Below, in pieces: positions 24,916-32,656 of a DNA stretch of 32,656 nucleotides. The translations under genes and the position numbers were made by a program. A model generated the notes under the pieces. The model was not told the DNA's origin. It saw nothing but the letters and a program-made list of their open reading frames with translations, and did no database searches. How positions within the stretch are numbered: the stretch's first letter is position 1; each line of letters opens with the position of its first letter. The stretch is from a virus (Duplodnaviria > Caudoviricetes), in the IMG/VR virus record IMGVR_UViG_3300016644_000021, positions 1-32,656 of that record; one strand, 5' to 3'.

Positions 24916-26508
24916 ATGGCATACAACAACGACGTGAAGGGCGGCATGCGACTGACGCCTGACGAGATCATCAAGCGCCAGGCTGCAGCCCAGACCAAGA
25001 AAGACGAGTTCCAGCAGCTGTACCAGGACGCCTATGAGTTCGCCCTGCCACAGCGCCAGCTGTATGGCGTCTGGGAAGGCGGTGCCACGGGCAGCAAAAA
25101 AATGCAGCGCGTCTTTGACTCGACGGCCATCAACAGCACCCAGCGCTTTGCAAACCGCCTGCAGTCTGTGGTGTTCCCGCCGCAGCGCAAGTGGTGCCGA
25201 CTGGAGCCTGGCCAAGACATCCCGTTCGATCGCAAGCCGCAGGCCCAGGCCATCCTGGACGTCTATGGCGACAAGATGTTCGCCCTGCTGCGACAGAGCA
25301 ACTTCGACATTGCCATGGGCGAGTTCCTGCTGGACCTGGCCGTGGGCACCGCCTGCATGATGGTGCAGCCCGGCGACGACGTGCAGGCCATCAACTTCAT
25401 CCCGGTGCCGCTGTTCCTGGTGAGCTATGAGGAAGGCGCGAATGGCCAGGTGGATAACGTCTATCGCCGCATGCGCATGAAGGGCGAGAGCATCCAGCGT
25501 CAGTGGAAAGACGCCAACATCCCCGAAGAGCTGGCCCGCCGCATCGCTGACAAGCCGACAGATGACATCGAGCTGCTTGAGGCCACGGTGTTTGACGCCA
25601 GGCGCGGCGACTACTGCTACCACGTCATCGACAAGCACAGCAAGGCCGAGATCGTTTACCGTCGCATCAAGACCAGCCCGTGGGTCATCTCGCGCTACAT
25701 GAAGGTGGCCGGTGAGATTTATGGCCGCGGCCCGCTGATGACGGCGCTGCCCGACATCAAGACGCTCAACAAGACCAAAGAGCTGCTGCTCAAGAACGCC
25801 AGCCTGGCCGTGGCCGGGGTGTACACAGCTGCAGATGACGGCGTGCTCAATCCGAACACCGTCAAGATCGTGCCCGGCGGCATCATCCCCGTGGCGCGCA
25901 ACGGTGGCCCACAAGGCCCCAGCCTGCAGGCCCTGCCGCGCTCTGGCGACTTCAACGTCACCCAGCTGGTCATCAACGACCTGGTGCAGAACATCAAGCG
26001 CATCCTGCTCGACGAGTCGCTGCCGCCGGAGAACATGAGCGCCCGATCGGCCACCGAGATCGTGGAGCGCATGAAAGAGCTGTCGCAGAACCTGGGCTCG
26101 GCCTTCGGTCGTCTGATCAACGAGACCATGATTCCGATCGTGACCAAGATCCTGGAGGTCATGGACGACCGCGGCATGATCGACCTGCCTCTGCGCGTCA
26201 ACGGCCTGGAGGTCAAGGTCAGCCCGACCAGCCCACTGGCCAATGCCCAGGCCATGGACGAAGTGAACAGTGCGCTGCAGTTCGCCCAGATCGCTCAGGG
26301 CATGGGCGCAGAAGGCACTGTGGCCATCAAGTATGGCGACATGATCGACTTCCTGGGCGACAAGCTCGGCGTTCCCGCGGCGGTGCGTAACAGCGCTGCC
26401 GAACGTGCATTCATGCTGGAGCAGCAGCAACAGCAGGCCGCTATGCAGCAGGCTGCAATGCTGCAGGCCCAAGCAGCTGGCGCAGCACCTGAAGGGTCAG
26501 CCGCATGA
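24916..26508 (+). CDS. Portal (head-to-tail connector), T7 gp8 / BPP-1-like
   Basis: FDSTA...FA..LQS..FPP..KW, SNF, GEIYGRGP...ALPDIKTLN, SATEI.ER, LGSAFGRL..E and SPLA.AQ. Confidence 0.93.
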   Translation: MAYNNDVKGGMRLTPDEIIKRQAAAQTKKDEFQQLYQDAYEFALPQRQLYGVWEGGATGSKKMQRVFDSTAINSTQRFANRLQSVVFPPQRKWCRLEPGQDIPFDRKPQAQAILDVYGDKMFALLRQSNFDIAMGEFLLDLAVGTACMMVQPGDDVQAINFIPVPLFLVSYEEGANGQVDNVYRRMRMKGESIQRQWKDANIPEELARRIADKPTDDIELLEATVFDARRGDYCYHVIDKHSKAEIVYRRIKTSPWVISRYMKVAGEIYGRGPLMTALPDIKTLNKTKELLLKNASLAVAGVYTAADDGVLNPNTVKIVPGGIIPVARNGGPQGPSLQALPRSGDFNVTQLVINDLVQNIKRILLDESLPPENMSARSATEIVERMKELSQNLGSAFGRLINETMIPIVTKILEVMDDRGMIDLPLRVNGLEVKVSPTSPLANAQAMDEVNSALQFAQIAQGMGAEGTVAIKYGDMIDFLGDKLGVPAAVRNSAAERAFMLEQQQQQAAMQQAAMLQAQAAGAAPEGSAA

Positions 26509-26768
26509 GTTGGGAAGAACTTGAGCAGATTGGCCAACCGCCTGACGTGAGGGCGGTTGAGCAAAAGCGCGAGGACATGGCCAGGCTGTGCCTGCGTGTC
26601 TTCGGCACTGAGGATGGCCAGGCTCTGCTTGCCTGGCTGCATCAGATGTATGTGGATGTGCCCATCGCCGTGCCGGGCGCAGACCCGTCCCACGCTTTCT
26701 TCGCCGAAGGGTGCAGAAACGTGGTTCGGGACATTGAGGCACGGATCAACCAAGCAAGGAAACTATGA
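26505..26768 (+). CDS. BPP-1 Bbp19-like conserved protein
   Basis: VFGTEDGQALLAWL...FFAEGCRNVVRDI, located between portal and scaffold. Confidence 0.75.
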   Translation: MSWEELEQIGQPPDVRAVEQKREDMARLCLRVFGTEDGQALLAWLHQMYVDVPIAVPGADPSHAFFAEGCRNVVRDIEARINQARKL

Positions 26769-27559
26769 CCACCGACACCAATGACCAGCCCGGTGCAACC
26801 GGCCTACTGGACAGCGTGACCGTTGACGATCCAAACGCTCAAACACAAGCAGACCCACAACAAGTGGAAATTGACCACAAGGCTGCCGACGATGGCGTGC
26901 AGCCTGGCCAGAACCCTGGCGCTCCCATCGAGCGACCGGACTGGCTGCCGGAGAACTTCTGGAACGGCGAGAAGGGTGAGGCCAACTATGAGGCCATGGC
27001 CAAGAGCTGGAGCGACATGCGCAAGCTGGTGAGCACCGGCAAGCACAAAGCCCCAGAGGGCGGCAAATACGACACCGGGGCCATCGCCTGGGCCGGTGAC
27101 ATCGAGCAGGACCCGCTCGCCAAGTCCTATGTGGGCTGGGCGCAAAAGTGGGGCATCTCGCAGGCAGCCTTCGACGAGCTGGCGCAGGAGGTCAACAAGC
27201 TCGGCGAGAGCATGGCGGAGCCCGCCATTGACACCCAGGCAGAGCTCAAGTCGCTCGGCCCCAACGCCAACGCCATCGTCAATGGCATGGTCGGCTGGGC
27301 CCGTGGCCTGGTGCAGAAGGGCATCTGGGGGCCTGATGATTTTGAAGAGTTCAAGATCATGGGCGGCACGGCCAAAGGTATGATGGCCCTGATGAAGATG
27401 CGCGAAGCCTATGAGGGCCGCATCCCTGTGGAGGCAGCACCGATCGATGGCGCGCCCAGCAAGGAAGAGCTCTATGCCATGGTCGGCGACCCGAAGTACA
27501 AAACCGACCCGGCCTACCGTCAGAAGGTTGAACGCATGTTCCAGCAGTTCGCTGGCTGA
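26765..27559 (+). CDS. Capsid assembly scaffolding protein
   Basis: Acidic N-terminus, ERPDWLPENFW and C-terminal DPKY.TDPAYRQKVE. Lies between portal and capsid. Confidence 0.85.
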   Translation: MTTDTNDQPGATGLLDSVTVDDPNAQTQADPQQVEIDHKAADDGVQPGQNPGAPIERPDWLPENFWNGEKGEANYEAMAKSWSDMRKLVSTGKHKAPEGGKYDTGAIAWAGDIEQDPLAKSYVGWAQKWGISQAAFDELAQEVNKLGESMAEPAIDTQAELKSLGPNANAIVNGMVGWARGLVQKGIWGPDDFEEFKIMGGTAKGMMALMKMREAYEGRIPVEAAPIDGAPSKEELYAMVGDPKYKTDPAYRQKVERMFQQFAG

Positions 27560-27597
27560 TTCTCCAAGGAAACCGCGTGAGCTGCGGTTGCCACCTC

Positions 27598-27624
27598 GCC
27601 CGGCCTTCGTGCCGGGCTTTTTTT
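27598..27624 (+). terminator. Rho-independent terminator
   Basis: GCCCGGC-CTTCGT-GCCGGGC followed by T7. Confidence 0.88.
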
Positions 27625-27643
27625 CGCTTGTCAAGAGCTGCGG

Positions 27644-27671
27644 TTGCGTTTTGTACAAACTGCCCTACAAT
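27644..27671 (+). promoter_or_regulatory. Sigma70-like promoter for the capsid operon
   Basis: TTGCGT-N16-TACAAT directly after the terminator. The spacer contains the palindrome TTTGTACAAA. Confidence 0.6.
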
Positions 27672-27677
27672 TTGATT

Positions 27678-27811
27678 CAAGGACTACCGGGCAACCGGCC
27701 CTGACCGCGGCGAGATGCCGACGAGTGGCTGGCGCAACCAGCAAGCGAAGGCCCAGGCGACTGGCACACCGATGCGACCAACCCTGTCCAACAACCGAAT
27801 GAGGTTTCAAA
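27678..27811 (+). ncRNA. Structured 5' leader (cis-regulatory RNA candidate) of the major capsid gene
   Basis: Four hairpins: CCGG-GCAA-CCGG, CGGC-GAGAT-GCCG, GCTGG-CGCAA-CCAGC and CCAG-GCGA-CTGG. Confidence 0.55.
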
Positions 27812-28666
27812 ATGAGCATTTCTTTGAGCAATGCCTTTGTGACGCTCTTCGACGCAGAGGTCAAACAAGCCTACCAGGGCAAAGCAATGCTGGTGGGTGC
27901 TGTTCGTCAGCGTCGTGGTGTCGAAGGTTCCACTGTCAAGTTCCCCAAAGTGGGTCGTGGTGTCGCCACTTCTCGCGTTTCCCAGACCGACGTGACTCCC
28001 ATGAACGTGGGTTTCTCGAACGTCACCTGCACTCTGTCCGACTGGAACGCCGCTGAATACAGCGACATTTTCAGCCAGCAGAAAGTCAACTTCGACGAGC
28101 GCTCTGAGCTTGTGCAAGTGGTTGGCGCTGCCATCGGTCGTCGTCAAGATCAGCTGATCCTGGACGCCCTGGCCGCCGCTTCTGGCACCGGCACTGTGAG
28201 CAATGACATTGGTGGCACCGACACCAACATGAACATTGCCAAGCTGCGCGAAGCCGCCAAGATCCTGAACACCAAGAACGTCCCCGCCGACGGTCGTCAC
28301 ATCCTCATCCACGCCAATTCCCTGGCCGCGATGCTGGAGCAGACCTCTGTCACCAGCTCGGACTTCAACACTGTGAAGGCTCTGGTGCAAGGCGAGATCA
28401 ACCAGTTCATGGGCTTCACGTTCCACGTTCTGGGCGACCGTTCCGAAGGTGGCCTGCCCATCGACGGTTCCAACGACCGCACGCTGTACGCCTTCCACCG
28501 CGACGCCATCGGCTACGCAGAAGGCATCGCTCCCAAGACCGAGATCAACTACATCCCCGAGAAGACCAGCTGGCTTGTCAATGCCCTGTTCTCCGCCGGT
28601 GCTGTGGCGATCGACGCCGAGGGTATCGTCAAGATCACGGCCCGCGACACCGCGGCTGCCGCTTAA
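27812..28666 (+). CDS. Major capsid protein
   Basis: GAGG RBS and strongly biased codons. FVTLFDAEVKQAYQ, AAIGRRQDQLILDAL, SSDFNTVKALVQGEINQFMGF.F and GAVAIDAEGIVKI, following the scaffold gene. Confidence 0.92.
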   Translation: MSISLSNAFVTLFDAEVKQAYQGKAMLVGAVRQRRGVEGSTVKFPKVGRGVATSRVSQTDVTPMNVGFSNVTCTLSDWNAAEYSDIFSQQKVNFDERSELVQVVGAAIGRRQDQLILDALAAASGTGTVSNDIGGTDTNMNIAKLREAAKILNTKNVPADGRHILIHANSLAAMLEQTSVTSSDFNTVKALVQGEINQFMGFTFHVLGDRSEGGLPIDGSNDRTLYAFHRDAIGYAEGIAPKTEINYIPEKTSWLVNALFSAGAVAIDAEGIVKITARDTAAAA

Positions 28667-28681
28667 TAGGAGGGTCTGAAA

Positions 28682-28960
28682 ATGGCTTTCTCTGCAGACG
28701 GTTTCACCACCTACAGTGCCGCCAAGCGCGGCAATGCCCCGTCCATGTACGGGTACAAGACCGCCGACGCCATCGCCGACGTGAACACCTCGGGCTATTT
28801 CAACGCCCTGGCTAACACGCTGGAAGTGGGCGACGTCATCCACTGCGTGACCTCGACCGGCTCCACCGCCGTGGTCACCCTGGTGTATGTGGTCTCCAAC
28901 GCCTCTGGCGTGGTTGACGTGACCGACGGCACCACCCTGTCGGCTACCGACAGCGACTGA
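28682..28960 (+). CDS. Capsid decoration/cement protein (putative)
   Basis: Small beta-rich protein directly after the MCP. Strong RBS (AGGAGG), high-expression codons, followed by a hairpin. Confidence 0.65.
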   Translation: MAFSADGFTTYSAAKRGNAPSMYGYKTADAIADVNTSGYFNALANTLEVGDVIHCVTSTGSTAVVTLVYVVSNASGVVDVTDGTTLSATDSD

Positions 28961-28978
28961 TAGTCGTCATCGGCAATC

Positions 28979-29014
28979 GGGCCAGCCGCTGAGCAATCGG
29001 AGGCTGGCCCTTCT
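28979..29014 (+). terminator. Hairpin terminator/attenuator after the capsid genes
   Basis: GGGCCAGCC...GCAA...GGCTGGCCC (9-bp stem) followed by TTCT. The U-tract is weak, so read-through into the tail genes is likely. Confidence 0.65.
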
Positions 29015-29031
29015 CACATTGAGAGGTTCAC

Positions 29032-29646
29032 ATGGCTGCAGGCGACACCGGCATCACAATCTGCTCAGACGCACTCCTGATGCTGGGTGCGAAGGCAATC
29101 ACATCATTCAACGATGGAACCGATGAGTCCAGCGTGTGCGACCGTCTGTATCCTGACATCCGTGACTCTGCGCTCACGATGTATCCCTGGAGCTTCACGC
29201 TCAAGAAAATCCAACTGGCCCGCCTGGTGACGACCCCGACCAGCGTTTGGCGCTACGAATACCTGCTGCCCGGCGATCGCCTGGCCAGCCCCCGTGCTGT
29301 ATACGACACCAGCGCGCCCGGCGCTTACCCTCGCAAGGATTGGGAAATCCAGGGCGACAAGCTGCTGACCAACCTGGAAAATGTCTTCATCGACTACCAG
29401 TTCCAGACCCCTGAATACGCCATGCCGCAATACTTCGTGCAGCTGCTCAAGTACATGATGGCCTGGCACCTGGCGCTGCCTGTCACCGAGCAGGCTGATC
29501 GCGCCGCATACTGGCAGGGCATCGCTGTCGGTGCCGCCTCTGAGAATGGCCGCGGTGGCTACATGCGCACAGCCATGAACATTGACGGCCAGGGCCAGCC
29601 GACCCGAGTCATCGAAGACTTCAGCCTGATCGCTGTGAGGGGCTGA
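29032..29646 (+). CDS. Tail tubular protein A (T7 gp11-like adaptor)
   Basis: ICSDALLMLGA..I.SF, LY...RD..L..YPWSF and W.YEY.LP.D. Confidence 0.88.
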   Translation: MAAGDTGITICSDALLMLGAKAITSFNDGTDESSVCDRLYPDIRDSALTMYPWSFTLKKIQLARLVTTPTSVWRYEYLLPGDRLASPRAVYDTSAPGAYPRKDWEIQGDKLLTNLENVFIDYQFQTPEYAMPQYFVQLLKYMMAWHLALPVTEQADRAAYWQGIAVGAASENGRGGYMRTAMNIDGQGQPTRVIEDFSLIAVRG

Positions 29647-29647
29647 C

Positions 29648-31849
29648 ATGCCGCGCTTTGTTGACATCCAGACGAGCTTCAGCACAGGCGAGCTCGACCC
29701 TCTGCTGCGCGCCAGGGTTGACCTGGCCCAATACAACAATGCCCTGGCCAAGGCCACCAACGTGGTGGTGCAGCCGCAGGGCGGCCTGCGTCGTCGCCCT
29801 GGCTTGAAGTACATGGCCGAGCTGCCCAGCGCCGCCAGCAGCGGCGTGCGCCTGGTGCCGTTTGAGTTCTCGGTCACCGACAGCTACATGCTGTGCTTCA
29901 CTGATCAGCGCATGTACGTCTTCAAGGATGGCGTGCAGATCACCAACATAAATGGCTCTGGCAATGCCTACCTGACCACCAGCATCACGTCTGCCATGCT
30001 GTCCAGCCTGGTCTGGACGCAGAGCGCTGACACCATGATCCTGGTGCAGGAAGACCTGCAGCCGCAGCGCCTGGTGCGTGGCGCAACCGATGCGAGCTGG
30101 ACAATCAGCGCCATCACATTCGACAGCATCCCGAAGTATTCATTCGACCTGCGCGTGTTTGAGCCGCAGGCCAGCATCACGCCGAGCGCTGTGAGTGGCA
30201 ACATCACGCTGACAGCATCTGCCTACACTGGTGACACCGGCAACTTGCAGGGCGCGACCTCGACGTCTGTGACGCTCAAAGCTGCTGCCAGCAGCACCGA
30301 TGACATTTTCGTCGGCATGTGTGTACACATGACAACCGGCACGCAGGCTGGCAAGTCGCGCAAGATCACGGATTACAACGGCACCACGAAGGTGGCCACG
30401 ACGTTCCCGGCATGGGACACGCCGCCTGTTGCGACCGACTCATACAAGATCGTCCCGTTCGCCCTGGAATCTGTCAATCAGTACGTGAACGCATCGCCCC
30501 AGGGCCGCGCCCGCATCGTCGAGTTTGTCAGCGACACCGAGGTGCGCGCGATCACTGAATACCCGTTCTTTGACACCACGGCCAGGACAGTTGGAAATTG
30601 GACCGTCGAGTGCTTCTATGAGGACGTCTGGAGCGCCAGCAAAGGCTGGCCGCGCACGGTGACCTTCCATGAGGGCCGCCTGTACTTCGGCGGAAGCAAG
30701 TCGCGTCCGTCCACCATCTGGGGCAGCAAGGTCGGGATCTTCTACGACTTCGTGCCTACCGAAGCGCTGGACGACGATGCTGTCGAGGCGACGCTGGACA
30801 CATCGCAGCTCAACGTCATCGTGGACATGATCTCTGGCCGCGACCTGCAGGTGTTCACCACTGGCGGCGAGTTCTATGTGCCGCAGGGTGGGACCGACCC
30901 GATCACCCCGCTAACGCTGGCATTCAAGGCTGTGAGCCGCAACGGCACCAAGCCTGGCACCCGCGTGCAGGCTTTGGAGTCTGGCTCTGTGTACATCCAG
31001 CGCCTGGGCAAGTCGATCAACGAGTTCCTGTTCAGCGACACGCAGGCGACCTATGTGACTCAGCGCATTTCGCTGCTGTCTGGCCACCTGCTCAAGTCTC
31101 CGACGCGCATGGCTTTGCGCCGCGCCAACAGCACAGACGAGGGCGACCTGCTGATGATGGCCAATGACACAGATGGCAGCATGGCCATCTTCTCTGTCAT
31201 GCGCTCGCAGCAGATCACGGCCCCGTCTGAGTACATCACCGACGGCAGTTTCCTGGACGTGCAGGTTGACGTCAGCGACATCTACGTCGTGGTCAAGCGC
31301 ACATTCAATGGAACCAACCGCTATTTTGTCGAGCTATTCCGCGACGGCCTGTTCACGGACTGCGCCTTCACTGGCGGCGCTGCAGCCAGCGCCAGCGGCC
31401 TGCCGCACATCGGCAAGGCGCTCAACGTCATCACTGATGGCGTGCCGCAGTCCAATGAGACTGTGAGCGCTGGCGGCGCAATCACGTTTGACCGAGCCAG
31501 CACCACCGCGTATGAGGTCGGCCTGCCGTTCACTGTGTACGCCAAGACCATGCCGGTGGAGATCCGCCTGCAGACAGGCACGCGCACGGCATTCAAGAAG
31601 CGCATCGTGGAGATCAATGCGATCGTGGACGACACGCAGCACCTGGAGCTCAACAACAACCCGGTGCCGTTCCGCAGTTTTGACAACCCGCTGCTGGACG
31701 AAGCCGTGCCAGAATTCACTGGAATCAAGCGCGTCAACGGCGTGCTCGGTTACAGCCGCGAGCAGGCCATTGAGATCAGCCAAAGCCTGCCGCTGAAAAT
31801 GACGCTGCTCGGCCTTGAGTACAAGGTCGCCGTGTCTGGAGGTACATGA
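29648..31849 (+). CDS. Tail tubular protein B (T7 gp12-like nozzle)
   Basis: QTSFSTGELDP.L.AR.D..QY, PQGG..RRPG, GWPRTVTFHEGRLYFGG and VGLPF. Confidence 0.9.
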   Translation: MPRFVDIQTSFSTGELDPLLRARVDLAQYNNALAKATNVVVQPQGGLRRRPGLKYMAELPSAASSGVRLVPFEFSVTDSYMLCFTDQRMYVFKDGVQITNINGSGNAYLTTSITSAMLSSLVWTQSADTMILVQEDLQPQRLVRGATDASWTISAITFDSIPKYSFDLRVFEPQASITPSAVSGNITLTASAYTGDTGNLQGATSTSVTLKAAASSTDDIFVGMCVHMTTGTQAGKSRKITDYNGTTKVATTFPAWDTPPVATDSYKIVPFALESVNQYVNASPQGRARIVEFVSDTEVRAITEYPFFDTTARTVGNWTVECFYEDVWSASKGWPRTVTFHEGRLYFGGSKSRPSTIWGSKVGIFYDFVPTEALDDDAVEATLDTSQLNVIVDMISGRDLQVFTTGGEFYVPQGGTDPITPLTLAFKAVSRNGTKPGTRVQALESGSVYIQRLGKSINEFLFSDTQATYVTQRISLLSGHLLKSPTRMALRRANSTDEGDLLMMANDTDGSMAIFSVMRSQQITAPSEYITDGSFLDVQVDVSDIYVVVKRTFNGTNRYFVELFRDGLFTDCAFTGGAAASASGLPHIGKALNVITDGVPQSNETVSAGGAITFDRASTTAYEVGLPFTVYAKTMPVEIRLQTGTRTAFKKRIVEINAIVDDTQHLELNNNPVPFRSFDNPLLDEAVPEFTGIKRVNGVLGYSREQAIEISQSLPLKMTLLGLEYKVAVSGGT

Positions 31850-32508
31850 TGGCAGAAGCTACAGATTTCATGAAAACGGCGGGCGACATCTTTGGCGCGG
31901 TGCAATCCGGCGTCGGGATCGCTGCGCCTTACGCCAACCTTGCACTGGCTGAGGCTCAGGCGTCGGCCAAGAAGGCTGGGGCTTATTACCAGCAGGGCCT
32001 GTATGAGGTCCAGGCCATTGACACGCTGCGCCTGGCCCAGATCCGCACTGATCAGGACCAGAAGTATGCGGCCATTCAGGCTGGCCGCAAGATGCTGCAG
32101 GCCGAGCAGCAGGCGCGCAACTACCAGATGGCGGGCAACACCCTGCTGCGTGGCATGGAGCGCACCAACGCCGCTGTGAGGGCTCGCGCTGCCGCCAATG
32201 GCATCACGGTCGGAGAGGGCTCTGCAGCCGCCGTGCAGCGCGCCAACGTGGCCGCGACATACCGTGACGTGGGCGTGGCTGATCTGAACGCTCTGACGGC
32301 CCGCATTCTCGGCTTTGAGGACGCTGGCGCGATGATGCTGGCCGCCAAAGAACAGGCCGACCTGACCATGACCGCAGCTGAGACCCAGGCCAAGCAGCTG
32401 CGCCTGGCTGGCGACTTTGCTGTGCGCTCTGGCGGTTTGCTGGCAGATGCCACGCTGGTGTCTGGCGTCATGGACTTCGCCAAGACGGCGACCAATCCGT
32501 TCAAATAA
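31846..32508 (+). CDS. Internal virion protein (T7 gp14-like)
   Basis: RARAAANGI..GEGSA motif, Ala/Gln-rich, follows the nozzle gene. Confidence 0.75.
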   Translation: MMAEATDFMKTAGDIFGAVQSGVGIAAPYANLALAEAQASAKKAGAYYQQGLYEVQAIDTLRLAQIRTDQDQKYAAIQAGRKMLQAEQQARNYQMAGNTLLRGMERTNAAVRARAAANGITVGEGSAAAVQRANVAATYRDVGVADLNALTARILGFEDAGAMMLAAKEQADLTMTAAETQAKQLRLAGDFAVRSGGLLADATLVSGVMDFAKTATNPFK

Positions 32509-32517
32509 GGGCAAGAC

Positions 32518-32656
32518 ATGGCAGACCTTCCACTCATCCAATCTGGCCGGATTGAGAACATCGGCATTCCAGGCGCTGTGACGCCGCAGGTCAGCGCGCC
32601 GCAGGTGGATTACACCGGCCTGAAGGCTGGCGCTCAGTACAGCAGCCAGGTTGCGC
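32518..32656 (+). CDS. Internal virion protein, N-terminal fragment (3'-truncated)
   Basis: ATG at 32518 after AAGGG: MADLPLIQSGRIENIGIPGAVTPQVSAPQVDYTGLKAGAQYSSQVA, open to the window end. Confidence 0.65.
   Translation, partial: MADLPLIQSGRIENIGIPGAVTPQVSAPQVDYTGLKAGAQYSSQVA

Noticed and set aside
27678-27770. tRNA or tRNA-like gene
   Set aside because: No acceptor stem, T-loop (GTTCRA) or 7-nt anticodon loop. The hairpins have 4-5 nt loops.
28655-28690. Read-through or frameshift fusion of the capsid with the in-frame downstream decoration gene (T7 10B-like)
   Set aside because: Tandem TAA TAG stops, no slippery sequence seen, and the downstream gene has its own strong SD.

Overview
The window appears to be a nearly complete, circularly permuted ~33 kb podovirus genome with a T7/BPP-1-like virion module. 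It is GC-rich, and a betaproteobacterial host is my inference only. The gene broken at the right end (32518-32656) probably continues into the one at the left end (<2-1468), with a short unsequenced gap. Gene order: internal-virion/ejection genes (1-5796); tail fibres (5830-9568); an HNH-NUMOD3 homing endonuclease; lysis cassette (GH108 endolysin, 3TM holin); a leftward early operon (small ORFs, small serine recombinase, YqaJ exonuclease, RecT); a divergent control region with a ribbon-helix-helix regulator; a rightward operon (degenerate HNH-HTH, RusA, stand-alone sigma70 region-4 protein, iteron-containing replication initiator, SSB-like protein); TerS/TerL, GNAT-like protein, portal, scaffold, major capsid, decoration protein, tail tubular A/B and a gp14-like protein. 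I saw no DNA or RNA polymerase, helicase, CI-type repressor, tRNA, CRISPR or reverse transcriptase. The most interesting observations are: (1) an ejection-cluster protein with polymorphic-toxin-like architecture (N-terminal leader shared with the neighbouring large ejection protein, Gly/Ala hairpin, C-terminal ART-PolyVal-like ADP-ribosyltransferase, no immunity gene); (2) a homing endonuclease that appears to have replaced the 3' end of its target gene and is fused to the displaced original C-terminus; (3) a four-hairpin structured RNA leader with its own promoter ahead of the capsid gene. All family assignments come from motif recognition by eye, not from database searches.
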